A stretch of DNA of 63,038 bases, counting the filler, from Asterionella formosa (Eukaryota), in assembly GCA_002256025.1 (NCBI GenBank). It is 4 parts of 4 records of this genome, joined end to end, with 100 filler letters (N's around TTAATTAATTAA, not from the genome) between each part and the next. Parts side by side here need not be neighbours in the genome. Positions count along the whole stretch, not along the records: positions 29,653 to 59,138 come from NKIB01001018.1; 3 more parts are not named here. One strand, given 5' to 3'. The number at the start of each line of letters is the position of its first letter. Positions within the stretch are counted from its first letter, which is position 1. Under the pieces are notes generated by a model. The model saw nothing but the letters and a program-made list of their open reading frames with translations. It had not been told where the DNA came from and searched no databases. Below are positions 36,301 to 49,156 of the stretch, piece after piece. The position numbers were made by a program, and so were the translations under genes.

Positions 36301-36793
36301 GAGGAGGAAGGGGCATTTCCATTGCATTTTCAGGGAGAAAGCCGGTGCGATCTTGGAAATCTGAATATTGCATGGTCTCTGAATTCAATCCTTGGAGAGT
36401 TTTTAGTCTCAATTGTTCGTCTTGTTGTGACTGAATATTGTTATAGACTGAATCGTCGCTGTCGTCATGAAATGGATGATTGTGGCCACTTGATTCAAGG
36501 AAAGGACACATAATCTCTTCTTGTCTACTCTTGTCCCTAAATGCTGCAGCAGTCACACTGCCATCGTTGACTTCTTTCCTTGAGTGATTCGATGCACTAC
36601 CGCAACACATAGTTTCATTATGTATTCCAGGAACTCGATGTTCTTGCATGCAATGTCGACAGTGACCATATGCATAGAAAACACGGTTGCTACAATTTCG
36701 ATTGTGAGACTCAAATGGGGATTTGTTCTTCCGAAATTTGTAGTTACACAGATAACACCATTGCAATGTCCGCAAAGACATTGCAAATTTCAA
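33364..36793 (-). pseudogene. Plavaka-type (CACTA/EnSpm-related) transposase, frameshifted
   Basis: N-terminal Cys/His cluster, FSDG, PFLLTMLNL, IIGDTEEHNKIC..CxxC, and KFHGMKHYPHLIRKFGSPLNFFGGYLESFLK (KxHxxxHYxxxIxxFGxxxN...E signature). Confidence 0.8.
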
Positions 36794-37081
36794 ATGATGA
36801 CAAAGTCAGGATATGAACAGGATAGAATGAAAATGAATTATTATTAATAAATTTAGCATCACTCCGATCATGCTGTGCTGTACAATACAGAGTCGTGAAA
36901 TTATCACTTCACCATAGTACCATTAGTAAAAATGGAGGTATACCGCTACATACAGTACAGGCGCCACTACTAATAGTATAAAGCAACATCAATGTTTCCT
37001 AACATCTATGATATGGTTTGTGCATTGTAGAAGTCTCACACTAACTATATTTATTCTGTAACTACTAAGCATGCATTGGAT

Positions 37082-38867
37082 TCTATTAGATCCATTCAAA
37101 ATCAACGTCATCATCAATGTCCTGTTGATTCATGCGGTCATTGTAATCAATATTCTTCTCAGGAACATTTGGTTTAAATGGTTCAACATATTGATGCATA
37201 TCCTCTTCACTTACGTTGGGAAATGAGAAGTATGAGTGTGGGTAGATGATATTTGTTGTGAAAGTAGCAATTCCACTAGGATTCCTTCCATATTCAGATC
37301 GATTCTTTTGTGAAAGTCCAGTATAGATTTCCTTATAATAAATGAGTAAATCATCAGTCCATTGATCAGTGAGACCATTTGAAACTGAACTTTCTTCCCT
37401 TGCTCACTCTTTTTTAATAATTGGTTTCCCACCAATCTCGACAAAATCAGTAGAAAGACGAATATCGTTCTCTGAAATTTCCTGCGTATCTGGATTGAAA
37501 CCCAAATATTTTTGTTGCAATCAGAATTTTCCTCTCAGCTCCAAGAAGCAAAATGCTTCTGTACTGGCATTGATCAGCGAACCAACAAAACGTGATTGCA
37601 TTTGCCCGAAGACTGAGTTGAAATTTGGCTTGGTCACACCAGATTTGTCTCCTGTTAGAACGGCTTGTCCTGCCTAAAAAATACACTGGAGCAAGAACAT
37701 CACGCCAGACTTGGTATCCTTGGCTTCCCCTGTCAATGTCCTTTGACTGCGCAAAACGATAAAGCGTCAACGCCCACCTAATAGAGTCATCAATATACAT
37801 AGTCTGGAAGTTATATTCTGTTAGACCAGCTGGTGTGTCATGAATTATGTTAGCATTATTAAATTGAAACATATTTGATAAGAATATAATCACCGACTCA
37901 AAACATCATGCTTTCGGAGCATCTCGCTGCAAGAACTTACCTAAGATTCCTTTAAATTGATTATTCAATACATTCTGACATTCTCTCAACTTTTTAATGC
38001 ACATGCCACCAAATGTTGATTTGATGTAATCTAAATGTGACTTGTTGGTACGTTCAATGGTCTGATTCATTGGAAGTAGTGCATCAGAACCATTCCATAT
38101 CAAATCGGCAAGCTCTGGGTCACTCTCCACTTCTTTGCCTAGCTCCGGTTTCACTGTGTATAGCCGAGTTAGGCAACATTCGGCAAACCAATCCTGTTTG
38201 TGATTGGAAATACCTTTCATACTACTTGGACCAGATAGGGCGGGATGTTTGATTCTCTTTTGGGACCAGAAAAAAGCACATTAGATTGATATTCTGTTTT
38301 ACAGTACCTGCAATTCACAAACTATAACCTCAATTTTACATGTTCACAGCAAAACTTCTTGGTCTTGAAAGCAAATAAAACTCACAACCTTTGTTACAAT
38401 TTATGAATCGGATCAATTTTAGCTAAGCGGGAACGACGTTCTGATAAGGCTGCTGAAATTGAAGATTCTTGATAACCTCGTATGGACAAGTTTTGAACCG
38501 AATTACAACCTTTGTAGTGATTGAGTTCATTGACCATTTGATAATATCCTTTGGCAAGTGCAAAATGTTTTTCCCTCAGTTTGTCATGTACTTGTTGGTC
38601 CGTGCGATTAGAAAATTTATGATATGGTACCATGTCGTCCATCTGCATCTGGGAGTTATTAATGTTATCATCGACAGGAGCCATTTTTCTTGTATCAACA
38701 ACTGAAAAAGAAACGTCATCATCGCTTTCAGTATCCATTACGGGAGCCTTTGTACTAGTAGCTGATGGTGTCCCCATCGACGATGGGGTAGCACCCCCAC
38801 TAAGTCCCTGTCGCCGATTGGGTTCCTTTGGATAATCGCCTATTCGCTTTTTTCTTTGTTAACTCAT
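37082..38867 (-). pseudogene. Intron-containing accessory ORF of the Plavaka-like element
   Basis: Coding-like segments 38394-38777, 37906-38220, 37447-37893 and 37211-37444 lie on the transposase strand. GTGAG/GTAAG donor sites at ~38385, ~37920 and ~37214. Contains stops. Confidence 0.5.
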
Positions 38868-39162
38868 TTTGGAACTTGCTTCTTTGTTCCATACCGGCAG
38901 TATTTGCCACATGTCGCTTGTTTCCATGAACCTCTTTATGGTTTTTTTGAAGACATTGCTTGTACTACTAGATAACTGTTGTCGTTCTCTTCCTTAAAGT
39001 TCGATGATCTTCAAATCAGGTGTCGCAAGCTACAATGAAATGAATCATCAGCCACTCCATATAATATTTTACGCTGTCTAGATATGATACCATAAAACCA
39101 ACAGTGCTATTTACATTATCATATACAAAATCAGAACCGAGTTTGAGTAATAGCATATTTTG

Positions 39163-39495
39163 TTTTCAATTATACGATTATACAATCCTAAAAATATGAT
39201 GATTTACTGTCCCGCTGCAGTAGCAACAGTCATGAACATATGGTGTTCTATTGCTCGCTTACTACTCCGACTATTCTTTTTCAATTTTATGATCATACAA
39301 TCCTAAAAATATGATGATTTATGTCCCGCTGCAGAAGCAGCAGTCATGAACATATCGTTTTCTGTTGCTCGCTTACTACTCCGAGGACTATCCTTTTTCA
39401 ATTTTATGATCATACGATCCTAAAACTATGATGATTTACTGTCCCGCTGCAGTAGCAGCAGTCATGAACATATGGTGTTCTGTTTCTCGCTTACT
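39163..39495. repeat. ~117-bp tandem repeat x ~2.8
   Basis: tacaatcctaaaaatatgatgatttactgtcccgctgcag.agca.cagtcatgaacatat recurs at ~39181, ~39296 and ~39413. Confidence 0.9.
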
Positions 39496-42400
39496 TCCTG
39501 GTACTCTGACTACCTGGTACCCCCAGTATATCACTTCCTGCCTGCTACTGGTACTCTGTATATATATGATAAAATGTTCTGGTCGTATGATGTACCAGTA
39601 CACATGAAGAACTCCCGCCCAAAAAAGGGGCTTGAACGATTTGCTACCAAAATCCTCGCATATAAATAATGATACAAATGGGTTATGACTTAGTACGCCA
39701 ATTGAATGGTCTAACTAATTAGTTCCAACGGACGTAGAAAATATTGATGCAAACAAATTTCAAAAAAACAGTACCGGTACACGAAGTCGTGGAAAACAAC
39801 GGACATATCGTGCATTGAATATTTTCGAATTATCTATATGGGAATATGATCATCTCAACAATACCAGACATTCCATATTGAGAGTGCCTTTGATTTTTAT
39901 AAATGTACGACACTTGATATATTTATATATTTACAAATATTATAACTATATACGTGGCAAATATATTCGAAATCGTTCTGTCATGTTAACAAGAAATGCC
40001 TGCTTCATGAAAAGATACGTCGTAGTAAAGCACATGACAAGAAAGGAAAGTTTACGCAAGCAATAACGAAAAACATTGTGGCTTCGACACATTGCGCCTT
40101 CGAAGGATGGAGTATGTTTAAGGTAATGAAGCCATCAATGTGGTACTTGGATGACAATCGTTGGGAGGCAGGACAACAACAAATTGTAAACTAAACGCAC
40201 ATTTCCATTTTTTCTCAGTTGAATCAACAGCTCGTTTCGCTTGTTGGGGAGCACCAATGTAAAACAAAAAAAATTGTTAAGTGCTCTTGTCACTGGACTT
40301 ATTCACTTCTGATGGAACATAACTGACGGACACGCCACTTTACCTTCTCTCAAAGTTAAGCTAACGAAAATGAATCGGTAAATTTCATTTGGCAACATTG
40401 GAAACCTGAAACTTACTTATTCAAGAATTTACTGACAATTTACTATTACAGACGTATACATCACTTGCTTTGATTTAGCTGTGGTAAGTGAAGCAATCAA
40501 GAGGATACAATGGAATGGCGTGATGTTGTGGTGTCAGTGTAACATGTCTAGCTAACAAGTCGTTCCTTCTCATTGTTACTGTAACTGCATAGGACAATAA
40601 AACCGATCAAACAACGGAATAGTCGGCGAGTTCAGAATGACACTAACAGCAGGGAGAGAGACGCAACATTAGTAAGGCATTGCTTGGCACAAGATTCAGA
40701 AAAGAGGAAGAAAAGGGTGAGACAGGAACAATATACATTGAGCCAAGTAGAGAGAGATACGTTGGGTCACTGGCATGTAGAATAATAGATAGCATTGCTA
40801 AATTTGATAGTTAAATTACGATCCATTTCAATCTATTTTGAACAATTCTTGTGATTAGAATTATGATCATGTTTATGATAGATTTACGACGAAACAATTT
40901 AAATGATAGCATAGAGTTGAGCTGATTTTAGGATGCGTTGTAGTTATAATTTACATCGGGCGATCACGAGAAGTGAAAATAATATGAGAAGGTTTATGAT
41001 GTTGATGAGTAATCTTTTTGATCAGTTGATATACATTGTGTGATGATAATGTTCCTATTATCATTATACTTCAAGGTCGGTAAAATATTAATAAATCATC
41101 ATAGCTACAAGATACCTTGATCATAGTTTTGATCCAAAAATTATCATATAAACGAAAATCCTGTGCCACTTAGCGTACGATGCCCTTGATCCTATATGCA
41201 TGATACTTTTTATTTGCAGACGCAGTCAACAGATGGGTTAATGTTGGAAGGTGTTTCTGGTAGTCATTTGCTCAGTTTTGAAGATATGACCAAAGTAGCG
41301 ACAGTTTTGAGTCCGCGGTGATTAGCTTGATAACTTTGACTAGATAAGGTTTTCTATATTTCCATTTTGTAGAAATAGATGAGAAAACCTGAGAAGACAG
41401 TATTCTTGGAGAGGGAACAACATTTCAAGATGCAACAAATTCCTCTACGTCAATTTTGTAGTGACTTTCATGTACTCACTAATTATCGTGGTTCATATTT
41501 CTATGGAATCTTGATAAGGTCATTTGACAGCGTACTATAGACATTCTTTCAGCCATTCAACAATAGACTGCTTGTTCTTTGCGCAAATAAAAATTTCGCA
41601 TTGCGGAAATGATCACGAACCATTGAGATGTTCAACTTTGCCATTTTGATAAGGACTGTCACTACCAGTAGGTTCCATGATATAACCTGCATTAGCAGTG
41701 ACATCTCGTAAGGCGGCTGAGCGGCTGAGCGGCTGAGCGGCTGAGCGCCAAAGCTCACCTCCTTGATCAAGGCGGTGAGCACGGTAACCATTCGGAAGAC
41801 CATTCTGGAGCAAGAAGGTTTTAACAAGGTCAATGGGTGGTGGGGCCTTGCTGGTAGTGAGAAAAACCCAAGTGAATCTAGTTTTGGCATCCGTAATGAG
41901 GAGATAGGAATTGTATCCATCATAGGAGTCAACAACACGTGATGCACCAGGTGTCTTATGAAAAGAATCAGAGCTTGCACGCATGAATCCAAAATCGAAA
42001 TGAAAACGAGAACCAGGGAGGAGGTGATCTACAGGGGATATGGGGCCCATGGGGTTCTTCTGGGCACAGCCAGGCATCACTGCAGATTTTGCAATGGTGT
42101 AGTGGATGAACTTGGTGATGTAGGCCATGAGGAAGACCAGTGGCACACTGTTGTAAATGGCGAAGCTGATGCATGCCAGGATGACCAAGTCGTTGATGCC
42201 AGAGTTCAGTGGAAAGCAAAGGTGACAACCTGTTGGCATGAGGTGTGATAGTCAATTGTTTGAAGTAGAAGAGATTGTTTGTGCGAGTCAAGGGGGCATC
42301 AGAAAAATGATAATCAGAGGAGCTGAAGAAGCGTACAAACGCAGTGTCGATATTGCGGTAGTGAATTTCAAAACCAGAGAAGTTGCTGTAAGATTGTGAG

Positions 42401-43748
42401 CAAATATGTTGTGGGGAAATCAGAGTCTTGGAGAGTTGTGGGCAGTAATACATCATAATTTCTGCAGTAGTTCCATTAGTGAAAAACATGGAGAAGAAAC
42501 CAAAGCCAGGGCAGAGCATACCAGATACAGAAGCGTCCGCGCCTAGGAGGTCAATAGGTTTGTCTAAAGGGGTCTAGTGGTGGAGGAGGGATAGATTGGC
42601 AGTAGCACAAATATTGGCCCCAATATCACATTGTTCACCCACAGTTGCATGAGGATATTGTAATGGGGTATTTACAGAAAGATCATTAAGACGAGCAGTA
42701 TGGACAATAGGAAGGAGATCAGGAGAAGAAGCAAGCTGAATGGAGAAATTGGGGGGGGGGGAAGTGGGGGTGCACAGTCCAGATGGAGATTAGGGTTGTC
42801 AGGAAGAGTAACAGCCCTAGTAGGACATAGAAGGTGTGTGGTGTGGGGATAATCAACAACAGGAGATGAGGTCATAGGAGCCAGTGGAGGAACCAAGAGC
42901 TGGAGATCACATGAAGGAGCCGGAGGTATTGGCGGTGACAACAGGCAGAGCATTGGGCTCTCCGACAGTTTTCCAGCCGTCCCAAGGAAGCCGTTCATCA
43001 TTCTGGGGATGGTAAAATGACCGGCTTAGAGAAAATCCGCTTCATAAATGGCATTGTCCAGTATGAGATTAAGATCAGAGACTGGGATATCAGGTTGAAG
43101 GTGATGTAAGTGATGTGCCATAGCACGCTGGTGAGTGGTGCTGTGAAGCTCTTTCCATGTAGCAGCAGCCCGATCAGCATGGTCTTGATGAGAGGAGATA
43201 TATTGGTGGACAAGGCAATGCTTGGCCAGGGTTGAGCACCAAGTGGCAGAGTGTCCCCAAGTGCCACAGCCAGATCCTCTAGGGCCTTGAGCTGAACTTG
43301 AACAAGGAAAGAGTGAAAATCAAAATCTCGAAGGAAATGAAGGAGGGACAGTTCACGAGTGGTGTATTTGGGATCCTTAGAAAGGTCACCCTGCCAATAA
43401 GCTAAGGTTGCTGATGCAAATTTCACTGAATCATCAGAATCAGAATAGCGAGGGAGTGGTGCAAGAGCTGATGAAGTAGTGTCAGCAGCATGGGCAAGGA
43501 GAGCATGTAAGAAGTAGTATGCAGCAAGCTTGCTGTCAGAATGGGTGACATGCTCTAGGTAAAGGAGTTTAATAATTTCATTTGCCATGTCAAGGGAAGT
43601 GGAGCTTTGTAGTTGTTTGAGAAGTAAGAGGCTACCCATTTCAAAGACAATAGGTGTGGGAAGATTTTTGGGCCAAAGAGCATGACCCTTTTGGAATTGG
43701 TGAAGAGGACAGAGATCAATCTGGGTGGCAGTAGCTTGTTGACATACT

Positions 43749-43915
43749 TGTTAATATCTGCATATGATGCTCCATACATGTGCTGTACGAACCATACCGG
43801 CGCAGCCACCAGATTTGGTACATGCATGAGTGCTAACAACGATGTACTCGAAACAGCAATAGAATAGTCATAATATTGTAGTTCACCTTTATTCATGACA
43901 AGGTTCCCCTCAACA
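43749..43915 (+). repeat. 5' LTR of the nested element
   Basis: TGTTAATATC...CCCTCAACA, with 5 differences from 45609-45775. Confidence 0.95.
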
Positions 43916-45608
43916 GAAGTACAATATCTGTTCGCTCTCTTTTGTCCGCCCCTGTGACGTTGCGGCTCTTGTCGACAGTGCAAACCAGCACTTGCTTGAT
44001 GTGGAGGGGAGCAAGTTGCTGTCGATAATACTATTAACACAAACTTATCTCCCATCACTTGTCCCCCCGTTACACTCATTGCTGATTCTGGCAGTTCTGG
44101 CAATTACACCACTGTTGATTTACCTGTCATCAACAAACGACCTACCACCAACCCTATCACCATTCAACTTCCTAATGGCAACCATGTTAAATCTACACAT
44201 GAGGCCGAATTATTTTTAACCATAGTATGTGTTTTGCGTCCATTATTGCACCCACAGGCCAAATTTACACTGATCAAACCGGAAAATTCATACTCCCCTC
44301 CAGCACTGGAAACAACTACATTATGATTTTATATGATTATGACAGCAACTACATTTTCGTTCAGCCCTTTCATAACCGAACCGCTTCCTGCCTCCTTGCA
44401 GCATATAAAACATTACATCAACGTTTGTGCAAAGCTGGCTTACGTCCCAAACTTCAACGCCTTGACAATGAGTGTTCTACACTCCTCAAAGAGTTCTTGG
44501 AAGCCGAAGCTATTGACTTTCAGTTGGTCCCGCCGGCTGTCCATCGTCGCAATGCCGCTGAACACACCTTTCAAAATCATTTCATTGCCGGTCTATGCAG
44601 TGTTGACAAACACTTTTCTCTCCACTTGTGGGACCAACTATTAGTTCAAGCTGAACTTACTCTTAATCTCCTCTGTGGCTCACGCATCAACCCCAAACTG
44701 TCTGCTTGGGCACAGGTCAATGGAACATATGATTACAACCTTGTCCCCCTTGCTCCACCTGGCTGTCAGGTCCTTGTTCATGCCAAGCCCTAGCACTGAA
44801 CAACATGGGCTCCGCATGCTCTCGATGGTTGGTATGTCGGCCCTGCTGTGGATTCCTATTGCTGCTACCGCATCTGGATGTGGGACACACGTTCAATCAG
44901 AATCTGCAATACTGTCTCGTGGTTTTCAACCAAAGTCCACCTAACCTGTAATTCATCCTGAGGCCACACTTCGCTTTTCTGCCAGTGACATGGTCCTCCA
45001 TGTTGAAAGCGATGCTTCCTATCTCTCTGAAACACGTGGTCGCTCCCGCGCTGCCGGCATTCACTTTCTCAGCTGTAAACCCTTGTCTCCGCCTAGCCTC
45101 ACTACGTCCATCCCTCCTCTTAACGGTGCTATTTACGTACACTGTCAAATTCTTAAGGAGGTTTTATCAAGTGCTGCTGAGGCCGAATTAGCTGCTTTGT
45201 TCCACAATGGCAAAGAGGCATATGCTATTTGCAACATTCTTGTTGAGCTTGGTCATCCCCAACCTTCTACCCGTATTGTCACCGATAATAGCACTGCCAG
45301 TGGCATTGCCAATGATACCGTCCGACAAAAACGTTCCAAAGCTATGGATATGCGTTATTACTGGGTACGCGATCGGGTTCGCCAAGGCCAATTTCTTGTA
45401 TACTGGAAAAAAGGTAGTTTGAATCGTGCTGATTATTTCACTAAACATCATCCCGCTTCCCATCATATGATGATGCGCCCGCACTATCTCCATTGCCCTC
45501 CATCCCTCCCTAGTCCTCCTAACTATTATGCGTGCTTGGCTTCTGATGCTGATCTCATCTCCACCCGAGCTCCTGTTCTTCTGCCTGACGAATCTGTTGG
45601 TGAGGGTG

Positions 45609-45775
45609 TGTTAATATCTGCATATGATGCTCCATACATGCGCCGTACGAACCATACCAGCGCAGCCACCAGATTAAGTACATGCATGAGTGCTAACAAC
45701 GATGTACTCGAAACAGCAATAGAATAGTCATAATATTGTAGTTCACCTTTATTCATGACAAGGTTCCCCTCAACA
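45609..45775 (+). repeat. 3' LTR of the nested element
   Basis: Direct repeat of 43749-43915, preceded by a purine-rich tract. Confidence 0.95.
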
Positions 45776-47024
45776 ATAGTTTCCTATACCAGTCATGGAT
45801 GTCAGCAGGAGCAGTAGAGGAAAGGGTAGGTAGGTCAGTTGAGAGGAAAGATTTTTTATCAATATTGATGGCAGTGGTGATACTAGTGGATTTGCAAAGG
45901 GGATGTGGACTCAACGGAGCAGTCAGGGCAGGACCAGTACCAGAACATCGCTCAAGATCCTTGGTGTCAGCCTGAAGAATAGCATCATGGTAGGAATGGG
46001 AATATAGAGGAGGAGATAGTAAGCCAGGTGGGGAAGGGGGTGGACCAAGGTTGGGACGAGGAGCGTTACTTGGAGGTTCAAGAAGGACAGCAGCAGGAGG
46101 AGAGTTGTGTAGAGCAGGGGGAGAGAGAAACAAAGCAAATGCATCACTACTATCAAACTCATGAATTCAGTCAAAGTTGTTGCCACCAGTGTCAGAAGAC
46201 TGTGCAAACCACATAGCTAGTCCCATGTTGGTGTCACTGTCAAGCCAATCCCACAGGGGTTCAGCAACAAGAGAAGGGGGAAGAAGAGAGGTATCAGTGT
46301 CATCACCATGATGGATACACCGCAATGCACGTTGGAATTTAGAAAGAGTGAGGTGGTGATGATTGGTCATAAAGACTGCAATGGAGTTGGGAGCTAGGCC
46401 TGCTCGAAATAGGATGTCCATAACAGATCCAGGAATGTAGGAGGGAGGGGAAGAACTGGCCATTTTTTTTAAAGAAATTAATTGAAGAAGAAGTTGGAGA
46501 GACAGACAGACCGTTAAATGGGGGAAGGAAGGACAGATCACGGAGGAGGCCGAAAAAAGGATGGAAGGACAGACCCTTAAAAGTTAACACAGCCAAACAA
46601 AAGAAAGAAAAATGGTATCCACACCCAGGAAAAAGAAACAGAGAAGCAGACAGAACGTGCGAATTTCGTGACAGATGGTGGTGTCACAGGAGCAAACAGG
46701 ATGGTGTGGGCTGGTACGGAGATGGCTGGCGGCCTCTTGTGAATGAAGACAAAGAAGGATGACAGGAATGTGCTGAAAAGAAGGGCAATGAAGGAGAGAA
46801 GTAGAGGGGGGGGGTAGTGGTAGTCCAGAACTTCAAGGAATGGGAGAAAGGCTGTGTGGCCGAAAAATCACGATGTAGAAGCAATGTAATACACAGAAGA
46901 GGCTTTGTTGTACTGTGAACACAGAAATCCAAAGGAGAAGCGAAGAAGCAGTGGGTTGAAAGACACCTCACAGTGTCTACGGAAAAGAAAAGAAGAGGAG
47001 TTGAGGGGTCAGGCAACCGCAAAA

Positions 47025-47037
47025 GGGCTCAGTAACC
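47025..47037 (-). promoter_or_regulatory. Primer-binding site (copia-type half-tRNA-Met-like)
   Basis: GGTTACTGAGCCC abuts the LTR end ...GACA and resembles the GGTTATGRGCCC PBS of copia-like elements. Confidence 0.7.
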
Positions 47038-47236
47038 TGTCAATGCAATATCAAAAGATGAAATGCAAAATTATAATATTACTCAGGATATTCTTCTATG
47101 ATACTAGGAATGTAGGTAGATGTAGTGTAGATGCATATCAAGTACATACCGTAGTGTAGTACAGTAGTGCATCAATACTAGCTAGTACATACATCACAGT
47201 ACCACGTAGTACAGAACTATGTATGTCACACTAACA
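47038..47236 (-). repeat. 5' LTR of the host Copia
   Basis: TG...CA termini adjacent to the PBS. The outer end coincides with the transition to Gypsy sequence. No partner LTR in the window. Confidence 0.65.
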
Positions 47237-47254
47237 TAAGCTATCATCCTGTAT

Positions 47255-48390
47255 TCAGTTTCTTGAACTTAGGTGCGTTTGTCCAGGCAGCATCCCAATG
47301 GAATAAACAAAAAAATGCATCATATGGTCAGACACATGTTTCTCATAGGTGAGATTCATATGGTCTGTATGTATAATTAATTTTTGTCCTAAAAGGATGT
47401 TACGGAAGTCTTTCAGTGTTTCCACTATAGACAAGAGTTCTCGTTTGGTGACGGTATAGCATCGTTGGGTCGCATTTAATTTACGACTAGAGAACAACGC
47501 TACTAGGGGCTTATCATCTTGCATGATGACAGCGCCTGATTGATTGTCATTTGCGTCAGTATAAATATGAAACGTCTTAGAAAAGTTCGAGAAGGATAAT
47601 AATAATTGCTGACTTAAAACGTCTTTTATTCTAGTGAATGCTGCTTGATGGAGATCAGTCCATTCACAACGGGATTTTGTGGAAGGTAGTGCTGTTAGCG
47701 GTGCTAAAAAATCACTACGTCTGATCCACATATCGCGATAATAATTGATCATACCAATGAAGCATCGTAGTTGCTTACGTGTAGTTGGTATTGCGATATT
47801 TTGAATTGCCTCGAATTTTTTGATCTTGGGTTGAACACCCTGACGGGTTATCCAAAAACCAAGATATTCAATTTCGATGGTACAGAATGTCGACTTGTCT
47901 GCATTTATCCGAAGCCCTCAATTCGTACATGCTGTATGTAGGTGATCGTGAATTACGTACGTACACAGTATAGACCTGTCATTAGTTTGACATTCTTTCT
48001 TGAAAAATGATTCCCATTGGTAATCGCTTATATCTATATTTGCCCCAAAGGAAAATTAGCTATAGTACATGAGTTTTGTGCCTCTTTATCTACACGAATT
48101 GTATAGTATCCCATGTAAAGGTCTAACGCCGTGGCATTTGTAAACCCTTCGAGCTCTTGGATGAGGTCGGATATTTTTGGGATAGGAAACGGTTTTCGTT
48201 TGATATTTGCATTTAGCCGGCGAAAGTCCGAAACTACACGGACTGTACCTGACTTTTTTGCCATAATAAATGTAGGAGCGGCATGTGCCGAGTCACTACA
48301 TTTCTCTAACACACATAAATCACACAACCATTGTATATCCTTTCGGGCGGTCTCCTTATAGATGATCGGTACTGGGTATGGATGTGCTTT
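47255..48390 (-). mobile_element. Ty3/Gypsy RT-RNase H relic
   Basis: AAPTFIMAKKSGTVRVVSDFRRLN, ALDLYMGYY, MINYYR, IYTDA, RELLSIVETLK and IHTDH. Confidence 0.9.
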
Positions 48391-49156
48391 GTATTAGTCG
48401 TGATTGGACCACCTCATTTTGCACACTAATGTACATACGATGATTGCCTTCAGTGTGAATGTAACACTCGAGTAGTGTTAGCACTGTAGTTCTTACTAAA
48501 TTATTTTGCCTGGTACATTATAACCGCTCGTTTCCTTTTCAGGTTAGGTACCGGCAGCGGCTAGATCATTAATGCATACCGTATAGGGTTGGTTTGAAAA
48601 TGAGCATGTCACCCATAGTGTTTGCGCACATAGGCAAGTTTCACATAATGAAGATGCATTTGGCTCAGTGGCCTTTAACATGATTTCACAGGTGTCCATA
48701 AACCATCATGTGGCTGGAATTTCGTTATCAAGGGAGATCATGTCCTCGTAAGGAAATGTCGCTTGTAAGTGTTCTCATAAGATCCTGTCCGATTATTATG
48801 CTGGAGGGATGTGTGAGCAGCACTGTTACTGTCATCGAGGTAAAGTCATGTGTATATGTCATATGGGACATTGCATACTATTCGCACCACCGATTATCAT
48901 GTCTTTGAATTATTAATTAGTCCGTCATGTATTTCTGCTGTGTACTGGACCTATAATGATGTATAGTAGGCAAATAAAATATGATTAAAATACTTTGTAC
49001 CGTACTACTGGTACTGTTACTGTCATCAATGCAACCACAGTCCCATATATCTATGTATGTACATACAGTATACAGTACCACTGATTGTGGATATACATAT
49101 ATCTGTATTATTTATTAGTCTGTCATGTATTTCTGCTATGTATTGGTACTAAATAC

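Larger units (their letters stand above)
30727..39500. mobile_element. Decayed Plavaka/CACTA-like DNA transposon with three genes (Ulp1-like protease, transposase, accessory ORF); copy 1
   Basis: Homology to the inverted second copy (53929-56945) starts at ~30727. Contains the three ORFs listed below. Termini not resolved. Confidence 0.7.
43749..45775 (+). mobile_element. Internally deleted CoDi-like Copia element (2027 bp) with both LTRs and a 5-bp TSD
   Basis: 167-bp LTRs; TSD ATACT/ATAGT; PPT GGTGAGGGTG. Protease fragment ADSGSSGNY, integrase (YTDQTGKF, LDNECS, RRNAAE) and RNase H (SDASY, SSAAEAE, TDN, KRSKAMDMRYYW). No RT. Confidence 0.92.
41549..47236 (-). mobile_element. Ty1/Copia LTR retrotransposon (5' LTR, PBS, gag, protease, integrase; 3' half missing), interrupted by a nested element
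   Basis: LWHQRLGHPG GAG-pre-integrase; HFDFGF, ITDAKTRFTW, LDQGGEL and PYQNGKVE integrase motifs. LTR TGTTAG...TGACA at 47236-47038 is followed by GGTTACTGAGCCC. Confidence 0.85.

Noticed and set aside
41714..41746. GGCTGAGC x4 repeat as a regulatory array
   Set aside because: Slippage expansion inside a dead Copia integrase.
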